A stretch of DNA of 64,000 nt from an uncultured Bacteroidales bacterium. GTDB lineage: Bacteria; Bacteroidota; Bacteroidia; Bacteroidales; JAAAOM01. The stretch spans positions 27-64,026 of the forward strand of contig CAZAMT010000001.1 of assembly GCA_964486145.1 (NCBI GenBank), read 5' to 3'. Every line of letters starts with the position of its first letter. Within the stretch, counting starts at the first letter, position 1. The translations under genes and the position numbers were made by a program. Shown here in pieces: positions 10,468 to 20,405 of the stretch. Below the pieces are notes generated by a model that worked only from the letters and a program-made list of their open reading frames with translations, made no database searches and had not been told where the DNA came from.

Positions 10468-13143
10468 ATGGAACATAAAAAGGTAATTAAAGGTTCAGTG
10501 ATTTTATTTATTTCCATGGTATCGCTTTTATGCATTACCATATTGTTGTCCGTTTTGTATAAAGATAAAATCATTGGCCTGGTAACTTCAAATGTCAATC
10601 AACACCTGGCAACAGAAATCAATGTTGGCAAAATTAATTTCTCCATTATTAAAACATTTCCGTTTGCATCCGTGAATTTTCATAATGCCTATGCACTTTC
10701 TACCGATAATTTAAATTCCGGACACTTTCAATCAAACACCGATACACTGTTTTACATCGACCGGATTAGCTTTAAATTTAATCCCATTCACCTCTTACAA
10801 AAAAAATATAAAGTCAATAACATCGATATTGCGAATGGCAACATACATTTATACGCGGATAAAAATGGCGAGGTAAATTACATTTTTTGGAAAAAGAATC
10901 CTGATCAACCACCAAAGCAATCATTGGATCTGCGAATGGATAACGTGAATCTGAAAGATGTGCATATTTCCTATGTGAATGCTGCCAAATCATTTAAGCT
11001 CACCGTTTTTTCCGATCGCGGAAAAATCAGAGGTGCGTATGACGGTGGAATACTCAACCTCCAGACGGATATCAATTTGCTTTTACATGACCTGCAAGTA
11101 AAAGATCTCGACTATCAAATAAATGAAAAGATAAATGTCCTCTCAACACTTGTGATTGATAAGAAAAAAATTTCTGTTGCAGATGGATGGGTACGTGCAA
11201 ATGACATGAAATTCAAGGTTGATGGAAACATTGAAACACTGGAAGAAACCCGGCTTGACCTTACCATAAATGCTGAACATATTGACATCGTTCGGTTTAT
11301 TTCTTTTCTTCCTCTATCGTTCAAAGAAAAATTGAAAAATTACAACAGCAGTGGTGATTTCGATTTTACCACCCGAATTTATGGTGTCATCAGTCATCGC
11401 CAGCAACCAACGCTGAAGGCAGATTTCGCCATTCGCAATGGACAAATCCAGAAAAAACGTTCACGTGCTGAACTAAATAACATTTACCTCAAAGGTTCTT
11501 TTAGCAATGGCAGCAAACAACAACTGAGAACTTCTGAACTAAATATACCATCATTTAAAGGTACTTTTCAAGGAAATGAGTTAACCGGGTCATTGCATTT
11601 GAAAAACCTATTAAGCCCAACGGTTCGCGGAAATATGAAAGGTTCTGTGGATATCCATGAGCTTCACCGGTTTATTGAAACAGCACTTTTGCAGGAAGCT
11701 TCCGGTCTTGCAACATTATCATTGTCCTTCACCGGAGCAATTGAGAAAACGGGAATGTTTACGAAATCCGATGCTGCCCAATGGAAATTAACCGGAGATG
11801 TTCACTTCACTGACGCAGCAATAAAACCAAAAAAAGGGCCATACGAATACAAAAACCTAAATGGAACTATATCACTGGACGGACACCACATTCATTTCCG
11901 GAAATTAAGTGTTATGGCGGATAAAAATGATCTGCTCATCAATGGTAGCTTTTCCAATGGTATACCGTACCTGCTTGGATCAAATACGAAAGCATCTATC
12001 CGGGCTGATGTTCAGTCAAATTACATGAATTTAACTTCTCTCGCCATGAAACAGGAGAATACGAAGGGCGAAAAAAGCTTAAATAGCGCAGAAAAGAATG
12101 AAAACTCTGTGGTTAAATTTCCTGAAAACCTGAGTTTTACAGGTGACTTTATGGTGAAAGATTTTATTTTTAAAGAATTTCAGGCACGCAATGCAAGGGG
12201 AAAACTAAACTACCGTCCGCGAACGATAATTCTGAATTCGGTTTATTTTGATGCACTTAATGGCAGTATTTCAGGAGGAGGTGTTATTGCACAACGGTAC
12301 AACAATGACTTTACTGTGCGTGCCCAAACCAAACTGAACAACATAAATATCAAAAAGCTTTTCTCATCATTCAATAATTTCGGACAACAGGTATTACTGG
12401 CTGATCATCTGAACGGTACGTTAAACGGATTCATTAATTTTTCTGCGAACTGGAATGTGAATTTGAAGGTTTACCGGCCGTCCATTGCCTGTGAAAGTGA
12501 CGTGAAAATACGTAATGGTGAATTGATTGATTTCACTCCGCTTCTTGGATTATCTAAATTTATTAAGGTGTCTGAGCTCAAACACATTAAATTCTCAACG
12601 CTCGAAAATAAGGTAAAAATTCAGGACGAATCGATCATCATTCCGCAAATGGACATTCAGTCTTCTGCTTTCAATATTGCCTGTTCGGGAGTTCACAACT
12701 TTGATAACAGCTACGATTATAAAGTTCAACTGTTGCTATCAGAAGTGATAAGTTCAAGACGGGATACACGTGAAAAAATCGTTACTGAATTCGGTGAAGT
12801 AAAAAAAGATAATCTGGGGCGAACAAAACTTTACCTGTCCATTTCGGGAAAAGGTGCTGATTACAATGTTGGTTACGACCTGGCCGGATCAAAAGATGCC
12901 ATGAAACAAAATATCAAAGATGAAAAACAGGAATTAAAATCAATTTTGAACGAAGAATTCGGCTGGTTTAAAAAAGACAGTCTGGAAAATATAAAACAAA
13001 ATAATAAAGAATCTCCAGCATTTATTTGGGGAGAGGAAGATCAGGACAGTACCGGAATAAATCCATTGCAAGAAAAAAAACAACAATCAAAGAAGAAAAA
13101 ATCAAAGGATTATAAAATAACCTGGGATGAAGAAGATAACTGA
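10468..13143 (+). CDS. AsmA-family (outer-membrane biogenesis) protein
   Basis: 891 aa with a single N-terminal TM anchor, long beta-rich repetitive body and a K/E-rich tail. The architecture is typical of Bacteroidota AsmA-like proteins. The assignment rests on overall pattern, not on a diagnostic motif. Confidence 0.65.
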   Translation: MEHKKVIKGSVILFISMVSLLCITILLSVLYKDKIIGLVTSNVNQHLATEINVGKINFSIIKTFPFASVNFHNAYALSTDNLNSGHFQSNTDTLFYIDRISFKFNPIHLLQKKYKVNNIDIANGNIHLYADKNGEVNYIFWKKNPDQPPKQSLDLRMDNVNLKDVHISYVNAAKSFKLTVFSDRGKIRGAYDGGILNLQTDINLLLHDLQVKDLDYQINEKINVLSTLVIDKKKISVADGWVRANDMKFKVDGNIETLEETRLDLTINAEHIDIVRFISFLPLSFKEKLKNYNSSGDFDFTTRIYGVISHRQQPTLKADFAIRNGQIQKKRSRAELNNIYLKGSFSNGSKQQLRTSELNIPSFKGTFQGNELTGSLHLKNLLSPTVRGNMKGSVDIHELHRFIETALLQEASGLATLSLSFTGAIEKTGMFTKSDAAQWKLTGDVHFTDAAIKPKKGPYEYKNLNGTISLDGHHIHFRKLSVMADKNDLLINGSFSNGIPYLLGSNTKASIRADVQSNYMNLTSLAMKQENTKGEKSLNSAEKNENSVVKFPENLSFTGDFMVKDFIFKEFQARNARGKLNYRPRTIILNSVYFDALNGSISGGGVIAQRYNNDFTVRAQTKLNNINIKKLFSSFNNFGQQVLLADHLNGTLNGFINFSANWNVNLKVYRPSIACESDVKIRNGELIDFTPLLGLSKFIKVSELKHIKFSTLENKVKIQDESIIIPQMDIQSSAFNIACSGVHNFDNSYDYKVQLLLSEVISSRRDTREKIVTEFGEVKKDNLGRTKLYLSISGKGADYNVGYDLAGSKDAMKQNIKDEKQELKSILNEEFGWFKKDSLENIKQNNKESPAFIWGEEDQDSTGINPLQEKKQQSKKKKSKDYKITWDEEDN

Positions 13144-13276
13144 TCTTTCCACTTACATCCAAATTGAGCGATTCTATCTTATTTTTTTTAAGGAAATTTT
13201 ACATATGTGATGAATAATAGCTGCTGATTTATTGAATTTTACTATATTGGTTGCGAATTAAAATGTAAGAACTGCT

Positions 13277-14434
13277 TTGAATATTTACCAAAGAAAAGTC
13301 CGCTGGAAGTTTTTCCTTTTTATAATAGCCGCGCTCATTGGCATTTCGTCCCTGATGTACACCAACAAGTTGGTGAATGAATTATCGGTTGAAGAACGGA
13401 AAAAGGTTGAAAACTGGGCTGAAGCGACACGTCGTATCGGACTCCCTGAAACAGAAAACAATGAACTCGTATTTCTTTTGAAAATATTACAGGGAAATAC
13501 AACTGTGCCTGTGATAGTAACCAGCTCCGAAGGCCAGATACTTCATCATCGAAATCTTGATTCAATACGTGCCACGGATTCCATATTCCTGTATCGCCAG
13601 CTTGAAAAAATGAAGGAAGGCTATGACCCCATACGAATAAGCCTTGAACCTCACGGGGATTATCAAATGATATATTACGACAAATCAACCTTGCTTACAA
13701 GGTTAACCTATTATCCTTATGTACAACTCGTAGTAATCATGCTGTTCATTGTTGTTGCTTACCTGGCATTTAGTTCTTCCAGGAAAGCTGAACAAAATCA
13801 GGTTTGGGTTGGATTGTCCAAAGAAACAGCGCATCAACTTGGAACGCCCATCTCCTCATTGATGGCCTGGCACGAAATGTTAAAACTGAAAAATACAGAT
13901 AAGGATCTTCAGGAAGAATTTGAAAAAGACCTCACTCGTCTTGAAAAAATTGCCGAACGTTTTTCAAAAATCGGTTCCAAACCTAAACTGAAGCAGGAAA
14001 ACATCATCCAGGTTTTACAAAACAGCCTGAATTATATAAAATCCAGATCCTCCGAGAGAATTAAAGTAGAATTTAACCCACCGGAAGATAAAATATTTCT
14101 TCCGTTGAATGCAGAATTGTTTGAATGGGTGGTTGAAAACATTTGCAAAAACGGTATTGATGCCATGAACGGCAGCGGTAAAATAGTATTGTCTTTACGC
14201 GATAATACCCAGGTATTGTATGTTGATATTGCTGATACCGGAAAAGGCATTCCTAAAAACAAATTCAAAACCATTTTCAAACCAGGGTATACCACAAAAG
14301 AAAGGGGATGGGGTCTTGGACTTTCACTAACCAAACGCATTGTTGAAGAATACCACGATGGGAAAGTCTTTGTGCATTACTCCGAAATCGGAAAAGGAAC
14401 AAAAATTCGTATTGTTTTAAAAAAATATCTGTAA
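13277..14434 (+). CDS. Sensor histidine kinase (two TM segments)
   Basis: H-box ETAHQLGTPISSL, N-box VVENICKNGIDAM, and G-boxes DTGKGIP and GWGLGLS are present. A TTG start at 13277 is needed to keep TM1. Confidence 0.85.
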   Translation: MNIYQRKVRWKFFLFIIAALIGISSLMYTNKLVNELSVEERKKVENWAEATRRIGLPETENNELVFLLKILQGNTTVPVIVTSSEGQILHHRNLDSIRATDSIFLYRQLEKMKEGYDPIRISLEPHGDYQMIYYDKSTLLTRLTYYPYVQLVVIMLFIVVAYLAFSSSRKAEQNQVWVGLSKETAHQLGTPISSLMAWHEMLKLKNTDKDLQEEFEKDLTRLEKIAERFSKIGSKPKLKQENIIQVLQNSLNYIKSRSSERIKVEFNPPEDKIFLPLNAELFEWVVENICKNGIDAMNGSGKIVLSLRDNTQVLYVDIADTGKGIPKNKFKTIFKPGYTTKERGWGLGLSLTKRIVEEYHDGKVFVHYSEIGKGTKIRIVLKKYL

Positions 14435-14467
14435 TTTAAAGCAAATATTTTACACCAGATTATTGCT

Positions 14468-14881
14468 GTGCCTTATACTTTTAGAAAGGAAGAACGTCTT
14501 TGCAGTAAAAAGCTGATTGAAGAGCTATTCAGCAAGGGTAAATCATTTTCCTATTATCCGTTTATCATTTATTACAGAAAAAACCAAATCCCGGGCAGAT
14601 ATCCTGTGCAAGTGCTCGTGACCGTTTCAAAAAAAAAGCTCCGGAAAGCTGTTGACAGAAATCTAATGAAACGCAGAATCAGGGAAGCATACCGTTTGCT
14701 AAAACCCCAATTATATTCAAACTTGCCAGTATCCGGTTCGAATTATTCCATTGCCATTATTTATGTTGCTGCCAAACGTACTCCGTCAACGGATATTCAC
14801 GACAAACTTGGTGGTGCAATTCAAAAACTGATGTTAAAAATTGTAAAAAATAACAAAATCCCTCCCCATGAAAATAATTAA
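14468..14881 (+). CDS. rnpA: Ribonuclease P protein component
   Basis: The N-terminus FRKEERLCSKKLIEELF, the basic RNR-like region KKKLRKAVDRNLMKRRIREAYR and the size of about 137 aa fit RnpA. The start is GTG. Confidence 0.85.
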   Translation: MPYTFRKEERLCSKKLIEELFSKGKSFSYYPFIIYYRKNQIPGRYPVQVLVTVSKKKLRKAVDRNLMKRRIREAYRLLKPQLYSNLPVSGSNYSIAIIYVAAKRTPSTDIHDKLGGAIQKLMLKIVKNNKIPPHENN

Positions 14882-17800
14882 ACTATTTATTTACTTGAGT
14901 ATTTTTATCTTGTTGTATTCCTGTGCAAATAAATCAAATCAGCAAATTACTCCGGATGCCGAAATATTCAAGCCATACATTGCCGCTTTTCCTTCCGAAT
15001 ATGTGTCACGTGCATCTGCTATCAGGATCATCCTTGCAAAAGAACTTTCAGAAATTCCTTCCACGGGTGAACCATTCTCTATAAAGCTGTTTGATATATC
15101 TCCTGAAATAAAAGGAAAAACATATGTTATTGATTCACGAACCATTGAATTTCAGCCAGAAAAAAAACTTGTTTCCGGGGAAATGTACCATGTGAAATTC
15201 CATTTATCAAAATTGTTTGATGTTCCTAAAGAAGCAAAGACTGCGGAATTTACCTTCAATACCGTTGAATTGAATTGCACCGCTCATTTTAGTACATACC
15301 GCCCTTATGATAAAAAAGATTTGACATGGAATAAAATCTCGGGGACATTTCATTCCTCAGATTATTTAGAACAACGGGAAGTTGAAGAAATAATCAAAGC
15401 AAAACAGGACAATCAGAATAAACCCATGACTATTTTAACCTCGGGAAACAATAATCGCAGTTTTGATTTTGAAATTGACAGCGTTCGCAGGCGTGAGGAA
15501 AAAGCAAGTGTCAACCTTTCATGGAATGGCACATCCCTTGGATACAAATTAAAAGGATCAGAAAATTATGAAATCCCGGCTCTCGGAGATTTTCATATCA
15601 ATAAAACCCATGTCATTCATCACCCTCAACAGGTACTGCAGATAATATTCTCCGATCCATTAGATGATAACCAGTTATTGGATGGATTTGTGCAACTTGG
15701 TGAAAACAATTCATTACATTATGAGATAGACTATAATATCCTAAACATTTATCCGGCGGTGCGTCAATCCGGAACACAAACCGTCACTATTTTTCCGGGC
15801 ATAAAAAATATTCTGGGCTATAAAATTTCAGAAGAACAAAAGGTTGAGGTAATCTTTGAAGCTGTTAAACCAGCCTTGAGACTAATAAATAAAGGTGTTA
15901 TTGTTCCGCAATCCGATGATATATTATTCCCTTTTGAATCTGTGAACCTCAATGCAATAGATGTGAGGATAATTCAGATTTACGAAGAAAACATTTTGCA
16001 ATTTCTTCAGGTCAACCAGTTGGATCAACAATACCAGCTCCGACGAGTAGGACGATTAATACATAAAGAAAGCATTAACTTAATAAGTGATAACCCATTG
16101 GATTACGGGAAGTGGAATTCTTTCTCACTCGACCTGTCCGAACTCATATCACCTGAACCAGGTGCTATATATCGGATTGAACTGAGTTTTAAACCTCAAT
16201 ACAGCATGTATCCCTGTGATGAGCCACTGACTGAAAATGACATACATGCCGATAAGAACTTTGAACAGGAGCTTGCGTATTGGGATAATCCCAACGCATA
16301 TAACTATGATTATGAACATTATAACTGGAATGAAAGAAACAATCCATGCAATAAAGCATATTTTGGTAAACGCAGGAATGTATCCAGAAACATATTTGCA
16401 TCCAACCTTGGAATTATTGCCAAGGCCACTTCCGGCGGTAACTATCACGTAGTAGTAAATGACATTCGAACATCAGACCCGATATCCAATGCTTTTATTG
16501 AGCTTTACAATTATCAGCAACAATTGATAGGCTCAGGATCAACCGATGGTAACGGATTTATTAACATAACTCCTGATGGCGTACCGTACAGTTTGGTTGC
16601 AAACCATAACAATAACAAAGGCTATTTGCGCCTTGCGGATGGCCATTCCCTGTCTGTGAGCAAATTTGATGTTAGCGGCTCCGATGTTCAGAAAGGAATG
16701 AAAGGATTCATATATGCAGAACGCGGGGTTTGGCGTCCAGGTGATTCGATTTATCTTAACTTTATACTTGAAGATAAATTAAACAACTTGCCAGATAATC
16801 ATCCGGTTATATTTGAATTAAAAAATCCCCAAAATCAATTAACCGATCGGCAGGTGCAGGCAAAAAGCCTGAAAGGTTTTTACAATTTTTCTACCAAAAC
16901 ACCCGATGACGGCATGACAGGTACGTGGTCTGCTAACGTAAGGATAGGAAATACTCACTTTCATAAAAGCCTTAATATTCAAACAATAAAGCCCAATCGA
17001 TTAAAAATAAACTTGAAGATTGATGAGGATTATTTATTGAAAGGCAAACCTGTATCTGCAACATTGCATTCTGAATGGCTTCATGGTGCGCCCGCGCGAA
17101 ACCTGAAAGCAGATATGACCGTTGCATTTTCCAATAAAGCATTTTCTCCGGAAGGTTATAACGAATATACCTTCTCAGATCCTTCAAGAAAATTTTACAC
17201 GGAGGAATCAACTGTTTTTGATGGTAAACTCAATGAAAATGGTAATCGCGAAGTGTCTGTCTCAACAGCCCCATCAGGAAATCCACCATCTGCTTTACTT
17301 GCAAACTTTACAACCCGGGTATTTGAAGAAGGAGGCGAATTTAGCATTGACCGGTATTCGATCCCGTATTATTCGTATCCCTCTTTCACTGGAATCGATG
17401 TTCCGGAAGGAAACAAATGGGGATGGTTGTTAACTGATACCTCGCATACAGTGAAGGTGGTTACCCTGAATCCAAACGGGATACCGGTTTCAAGAAACCG
17501 ACTGGATATAAAAATATATAAAATCAACTGGCGCTGGTGGTGGGATTCCTCCGATGATAATCTTGCCTCTTATGTCCAAGGCTCCTATCGGTCGGTTGTA
17601 TACCAGGATGAAATCAGCACAGTTAATGGCAAAGGAAGTTTTTCTTTTAAAATAAACAAACCTGAATGGGGTCGTTATTTTATTCGTGTGTACGATCCTG
17701 TTTCAGGGCATTCATCAGGAAAAGTTATATATGTTGACTGGCCTTACGGAAGTAATCGTGACAGAAATAATCCCGAAGCTGCAAGCATGTTGACATTTTC

Positions 17801-20402
17801 ATCGGACAAAGAAAAATACCAGCCTGGTGAAACAGCCATCATCACAATTCCAAAAGCTGCCAACGGAAGGGCGCTCATATCCATTGAAAATGGCAGTGAT
17901 ATTCTTGAAAAATTTTGGTATGATGTTCAATCCGGGGAACAAAAAATACCCATTGACATTACGCCGAAAATGGCACCAAACATATATGTGCACATCACAT
18001 TCATCCAACCTCATCATCAGACATCCAATGATTTACCCATTCGACTTTATGGTGTAAAACCCGTTTTTGTGGAGGATCCGGCAACTGTTTTGCACCCTGA
18101 ACTAACCACTGATAAAACTTTCCGGCCAGAAACCCCTGCCATAATTTCCGTTAATGAAAAAACAGGCAAAGAAATGGCTTACACACTTGCTATTGTTGAT
18201 GAAGGACTTCTCGATTTAACCCGATTCCAAACACCGAATCCGCACCAGGTGTTTTATGCCAGAGAAGCCCTGGGTATAAAAACATGGGATTTATATGATC
18301 ACGTACTGGGTGCTTATGGCGGTAAGATTGAGCAAATATTCAGCGTAGGAGGTGATGGTGATTTTGAATTTGAAACAGAACCAAAAAAAGCAAACCGTTT
18401 TAAACCCATGGTTAAATTTATCGGTCCTGTTTTACTAAAACCAGGTAAAACCAACACGCATACCATCCATATTCCACGGTATATCGGCTCTGTGCGGGTA
18501 ATGTTGATTGCAGGGAATGAAAACGCGTACGGAAGCACAGACAAAACGGTACCCGTAAAAAATGAATTAATGGTACTGGCTACCCTGCCAAGAGTGGTTG
18601 GCCCCGGAGAACAGGTTCAAATGCCCGCAACTGTATTTGCAATGGATGAAAATTTAAACCAGGTAACCGTGAAAGCACATACAAATGATTTATTTACTAT
18701 TGAAGGTGCCGCTACTAAAAAGCTTATGTTTTCTCAGTCGGGTGACCAACTGGTAAATTTCAAACTAAAAGTTGCAGATAAATCGGGAATTGGAAAAGCT
18801 GGTGTAAACGTTTCTTCCGGAAGTTATAATTCAACTGATGACATTGAAATAGAAGTACGAAATCCAAATCCACCGATATTTCAATTTCATGATAAAATTC
18901 TCCAACCTGGTGAAATGTGGAAGTATCAATACACGTTACCGGGAATGGAAGGAACCAATGCCGCCGTGCTTGAATTATCAACCATACCCTCGGTTGATTT
19001 TGGTAGAAGGTTAAAATACCTCCTGCAATATCCGCACGGATGCCTTGAACAAATTGTTTCCGGAGCGTTCCCTCAATTGTTTCTCCCTCTAATTATGAAT
19101 GCCGATGAAAACATGCTCGGGGTTATTGATCGCAATGTCAGGGAAGGTATTCGCAGCGTACAAAAATTTGTTCATCCGGATGGTGGTTTTGCTTACTGGC
19201 CTAACAGTAATGAATCAAATAGCTGGGTTACATCATATACCGGACATTTTTTAATTGAAGCTGAAAAGCAGGGTTATGTTTTACCGCACAACATGTTAAA
19301 AAACTGGACCAACTTTCAGAAACGCATGGCCCGAAACTGGTCTGCCGGTGGTAAAAGATATAGATACGAACGTTATTTTGAGAGTGATTTGCAGCAGGCG
19401 TATCGATTATACACCCTCGCTCTTGCGAATAAAGCAGAAACAGGTTCGATGAACCGGTTAAGGGAAAAAGATGATCTGGCTGTTCAGGCTCGTTGGCTAC
19501 TGGCCTCTTCGTATGCATTGATTAACAAAAATGATATTGCTAACGACCTTGTACGAAACCTTGGAACAGAAGTACCGGAATATCAGGGATCATCTTTCAC
19601 CTATGGATCCACCCTTCGCGACAGGGCCATTGTTTTGCTAAGCCTTCAACTGTTGGATAGACAAGATGAAGCTATAAACCTTATGAAAAATATTGCAGAA
19701 GTAATGTCTTCAGGACGCTGGCTCAGCACCCAATCAGTTGCATTCGGGCTGATGTCGGTTGCTCAAATGGCAGGTGATGCCTTTGTTTCGGATGAGATGA
19801 AATTTGAATACCAGGTAAATAATGGCAAAACCATTCGTGGACACACAGAAATGCCGGTTCATCAGATTGATTTGAACACCAGTTCACAAAGAGAAACCAT
19901 CAACGTTACCAATAATGGGGAAAGTGTCATGTTTGCACAATTATCAATGTCTGGTATACCCTTCATTGACTCAACCGGAAGCATTCAAAGCAATTTGCGA
20001 ATGAACGTAGAATATAATTCTCTTTCCAATAAATTTCTAAATGTTGATCAACTGGAACAGGGTACTGATTTTAAAGCAGTTATAACCATTGAAAATCCAA
20101 CCAACGAACGGTATCATGATATGGCACTAACCCACATTGTTCCCAGTGGATGGGAAATTGTAAACATGCGACTAAACACCGATGGATCCGTTCATTATGC
20201 CGATATACCCCAGTATCAGGATATCAGAGATGATCGGGTTTACATGTATTTTGATCTTGGTCCGGGAAAGTCAAAACAATTTGTGATTTTGCTCAATGCA
20301 TCGTACAAAGGAAAATTTTTTCTTCCTGCTGTTTCATGCGAAGCCATGTACAATAACAGGATTCGTGCAAAAACAACCGGAAAATGGGTAGAGGTGAAAT
20401 AA
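14868..20402 (+). CDS. Alpha-2-macroglobulin family lipoprotein with intact thioester
   Basis: 1844 aa. Lipobox LLYSC places Cys19. The thioester motif GCLEQ has its CLEQ codons at 19041-19052. Long MG-domain-like repeats are present. The ATG lies 14 nt inside the end of rnpA. Confidence 0.92.
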   Translation: MKIIKLFIYLSIFILLYSCANKSNQQITPDAEIFKPYIAAFPSEYVSRASAIRIILAKELSEIPSTGEPFSIKLFDISPEIKGKTYVIDSRTIEFQPEKKLVSGEMYHVKFHLSKLFDVPKEAKTAEFTFNTVELNCTAHFSTYRPYDKKDLTWNKISGTFHSSDYLEQREVEEIIKAKQDNQNKPMTILTSGNNNRSFDFEIDSVRRREEKASVNLSWNGTSLGYKLKGSENYEIPALGDFHINKTHVIHHPQQVLQIIFSDPLDDNQLLDGFVQLGENNSLHYEIDYNILNIYPAVRQSGTQTVTIFPGIKNILGYKISEEQKVEVIFEAVKPALRLINKGVIVPQSDDILFPFESVNLNAIDVRIIQIYEENILQFLQVNQLDQQYQLRRVGRLIHKESINLISDNPLDYGKWNSFSLDLSELISPEPGAIYRIELSFKPQYSMYPCDEPLTENDIHADKNFEQELAYWDNPNAYNYDYEHYNWNERNNPCNKAYFGKRRNVSRNIFASNLGIIAKATSGGNYHVVVNDIRTSDPISNAFIELYNYQQQLIGSGSTDGNGFINITPDGVPYSLVANHNNNKGYLRLADGHSLSVSKFDVSGSDVQKGMKGFIYAERGVWRPGDSIYLNFILEDKLNNLPDNHPVIFELKNPQNQLTDRQVQAKSLKGFYNFSTKTPDDGMTGTWSANVRIGNTHFHKSLNIQTIKPNRLKINLKIDEDYLLKGKPVSATLHSEWLHGAPARNLKADMTVAFSNKAFSPEGYNEYTFSDPSRKFYTEESTVFDGKLNENGNREVSVSTAPSGNPPSALLANFTTRVFEEGGEFSIDRYSIPYYSYPSFTGIDVPEGNKWGWLLTDTSHTVKVVTLNPNGIPVSRNRLDIKIYKINWRWWWDSSDDNLASYVQGSYRSVVYQDEISTVNGKGSFSFKINKPEWGRYFIRVYDPVSGHSSGKVIYVDWPYGSNRDRNNPEAASMLTFSSDKEKYQPGETAIITIPKAANGRALISIENGSDILEKFWYDVQSGEQKIPIDITPKMAPNIYVHITFIQPHHQTSNDLPIRLYGVKPVFVEDPATVLHPELTTDKTFRPETPAIISVNEKTGKEMAYTLAIVDEGLLDLTRFQTPNPHQVFYAREALGIKTWDLYDHVLGAYGGKIEQIFSVGGDGDFEFETEPKKANRFKPMVKFIGPVLLKPGKTNTHTIHIPRYIGSVRVMLIAGNENAYGSTDKTVPVKNELMVLATLPRVVGPGEQVQMPATVFAMDENLNQVTVKAHTNDLFTIEGAATKKLMFSQSGDQLVNFKLKVADKSGIGKAGVNVSSGSYNSTDDIEIEVRNPNPPIFQFHDKILQPGEMWKYQYTLPGMEGTNAAVLELSTIPSVDFGRRLKYLLQYPHGCLEQIVSGAFPQLFLPLIMNADENMLGVIDRNVREGIRSVQKFVHPDGGFAYWPNSNESNSWVTSYTGHFLIEAEKQGYVLPHNMLKNWTNFQKRMARNWSAGGKRYRYERYFESDLQQAYRLYTLALANKAETGSMNRLREKDDLAVQARWLLASSYALINKNDIANDLVRNLGTEVPEYQGSSFTYGSTLRDRAIVLLSLQLLDRQDEAINLMKNIAEVMSSGRWLSTQSVAFGLMSVAQMAGDAFVSDEMKFEYQVNNGKTIRGHTEMPVHQIDLNTSSQRETINVTNNGESVMFAQLSMSGIPFIDSTGSIQSNLRMNVEYNSLSNKFLNVDQLEQGTDFKAVITIENPTNERYHDMALTHIVPSGWEIVNMRLNTDGSVHYADIPQYQDIRDDRVYMYFDLGPGKSKQFVILLNASYKGKFFLPAVSCEAMYNNRIRAKTTGKWVEVK

Positions 20403-20405
20403 ATA

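Noticed and set aside
13162-13174. A 13-mer AAATTGAGCGATT shared between the spacer after the AsmA-family gene and the minus strand at 59328-59340
   Set aside because: A single exact 13-mer match between two places in a 64-kb AT-rich window is within chance expectation. No extended similarity surrounds it.
14735-14743. GGTTCGAAT (a tRNA T-arm-like word) as part of a tRNA gene
   Set aside because: It lies inside the rnpA reading frame, and no acceptor, D or anticodon arms can be built around it.
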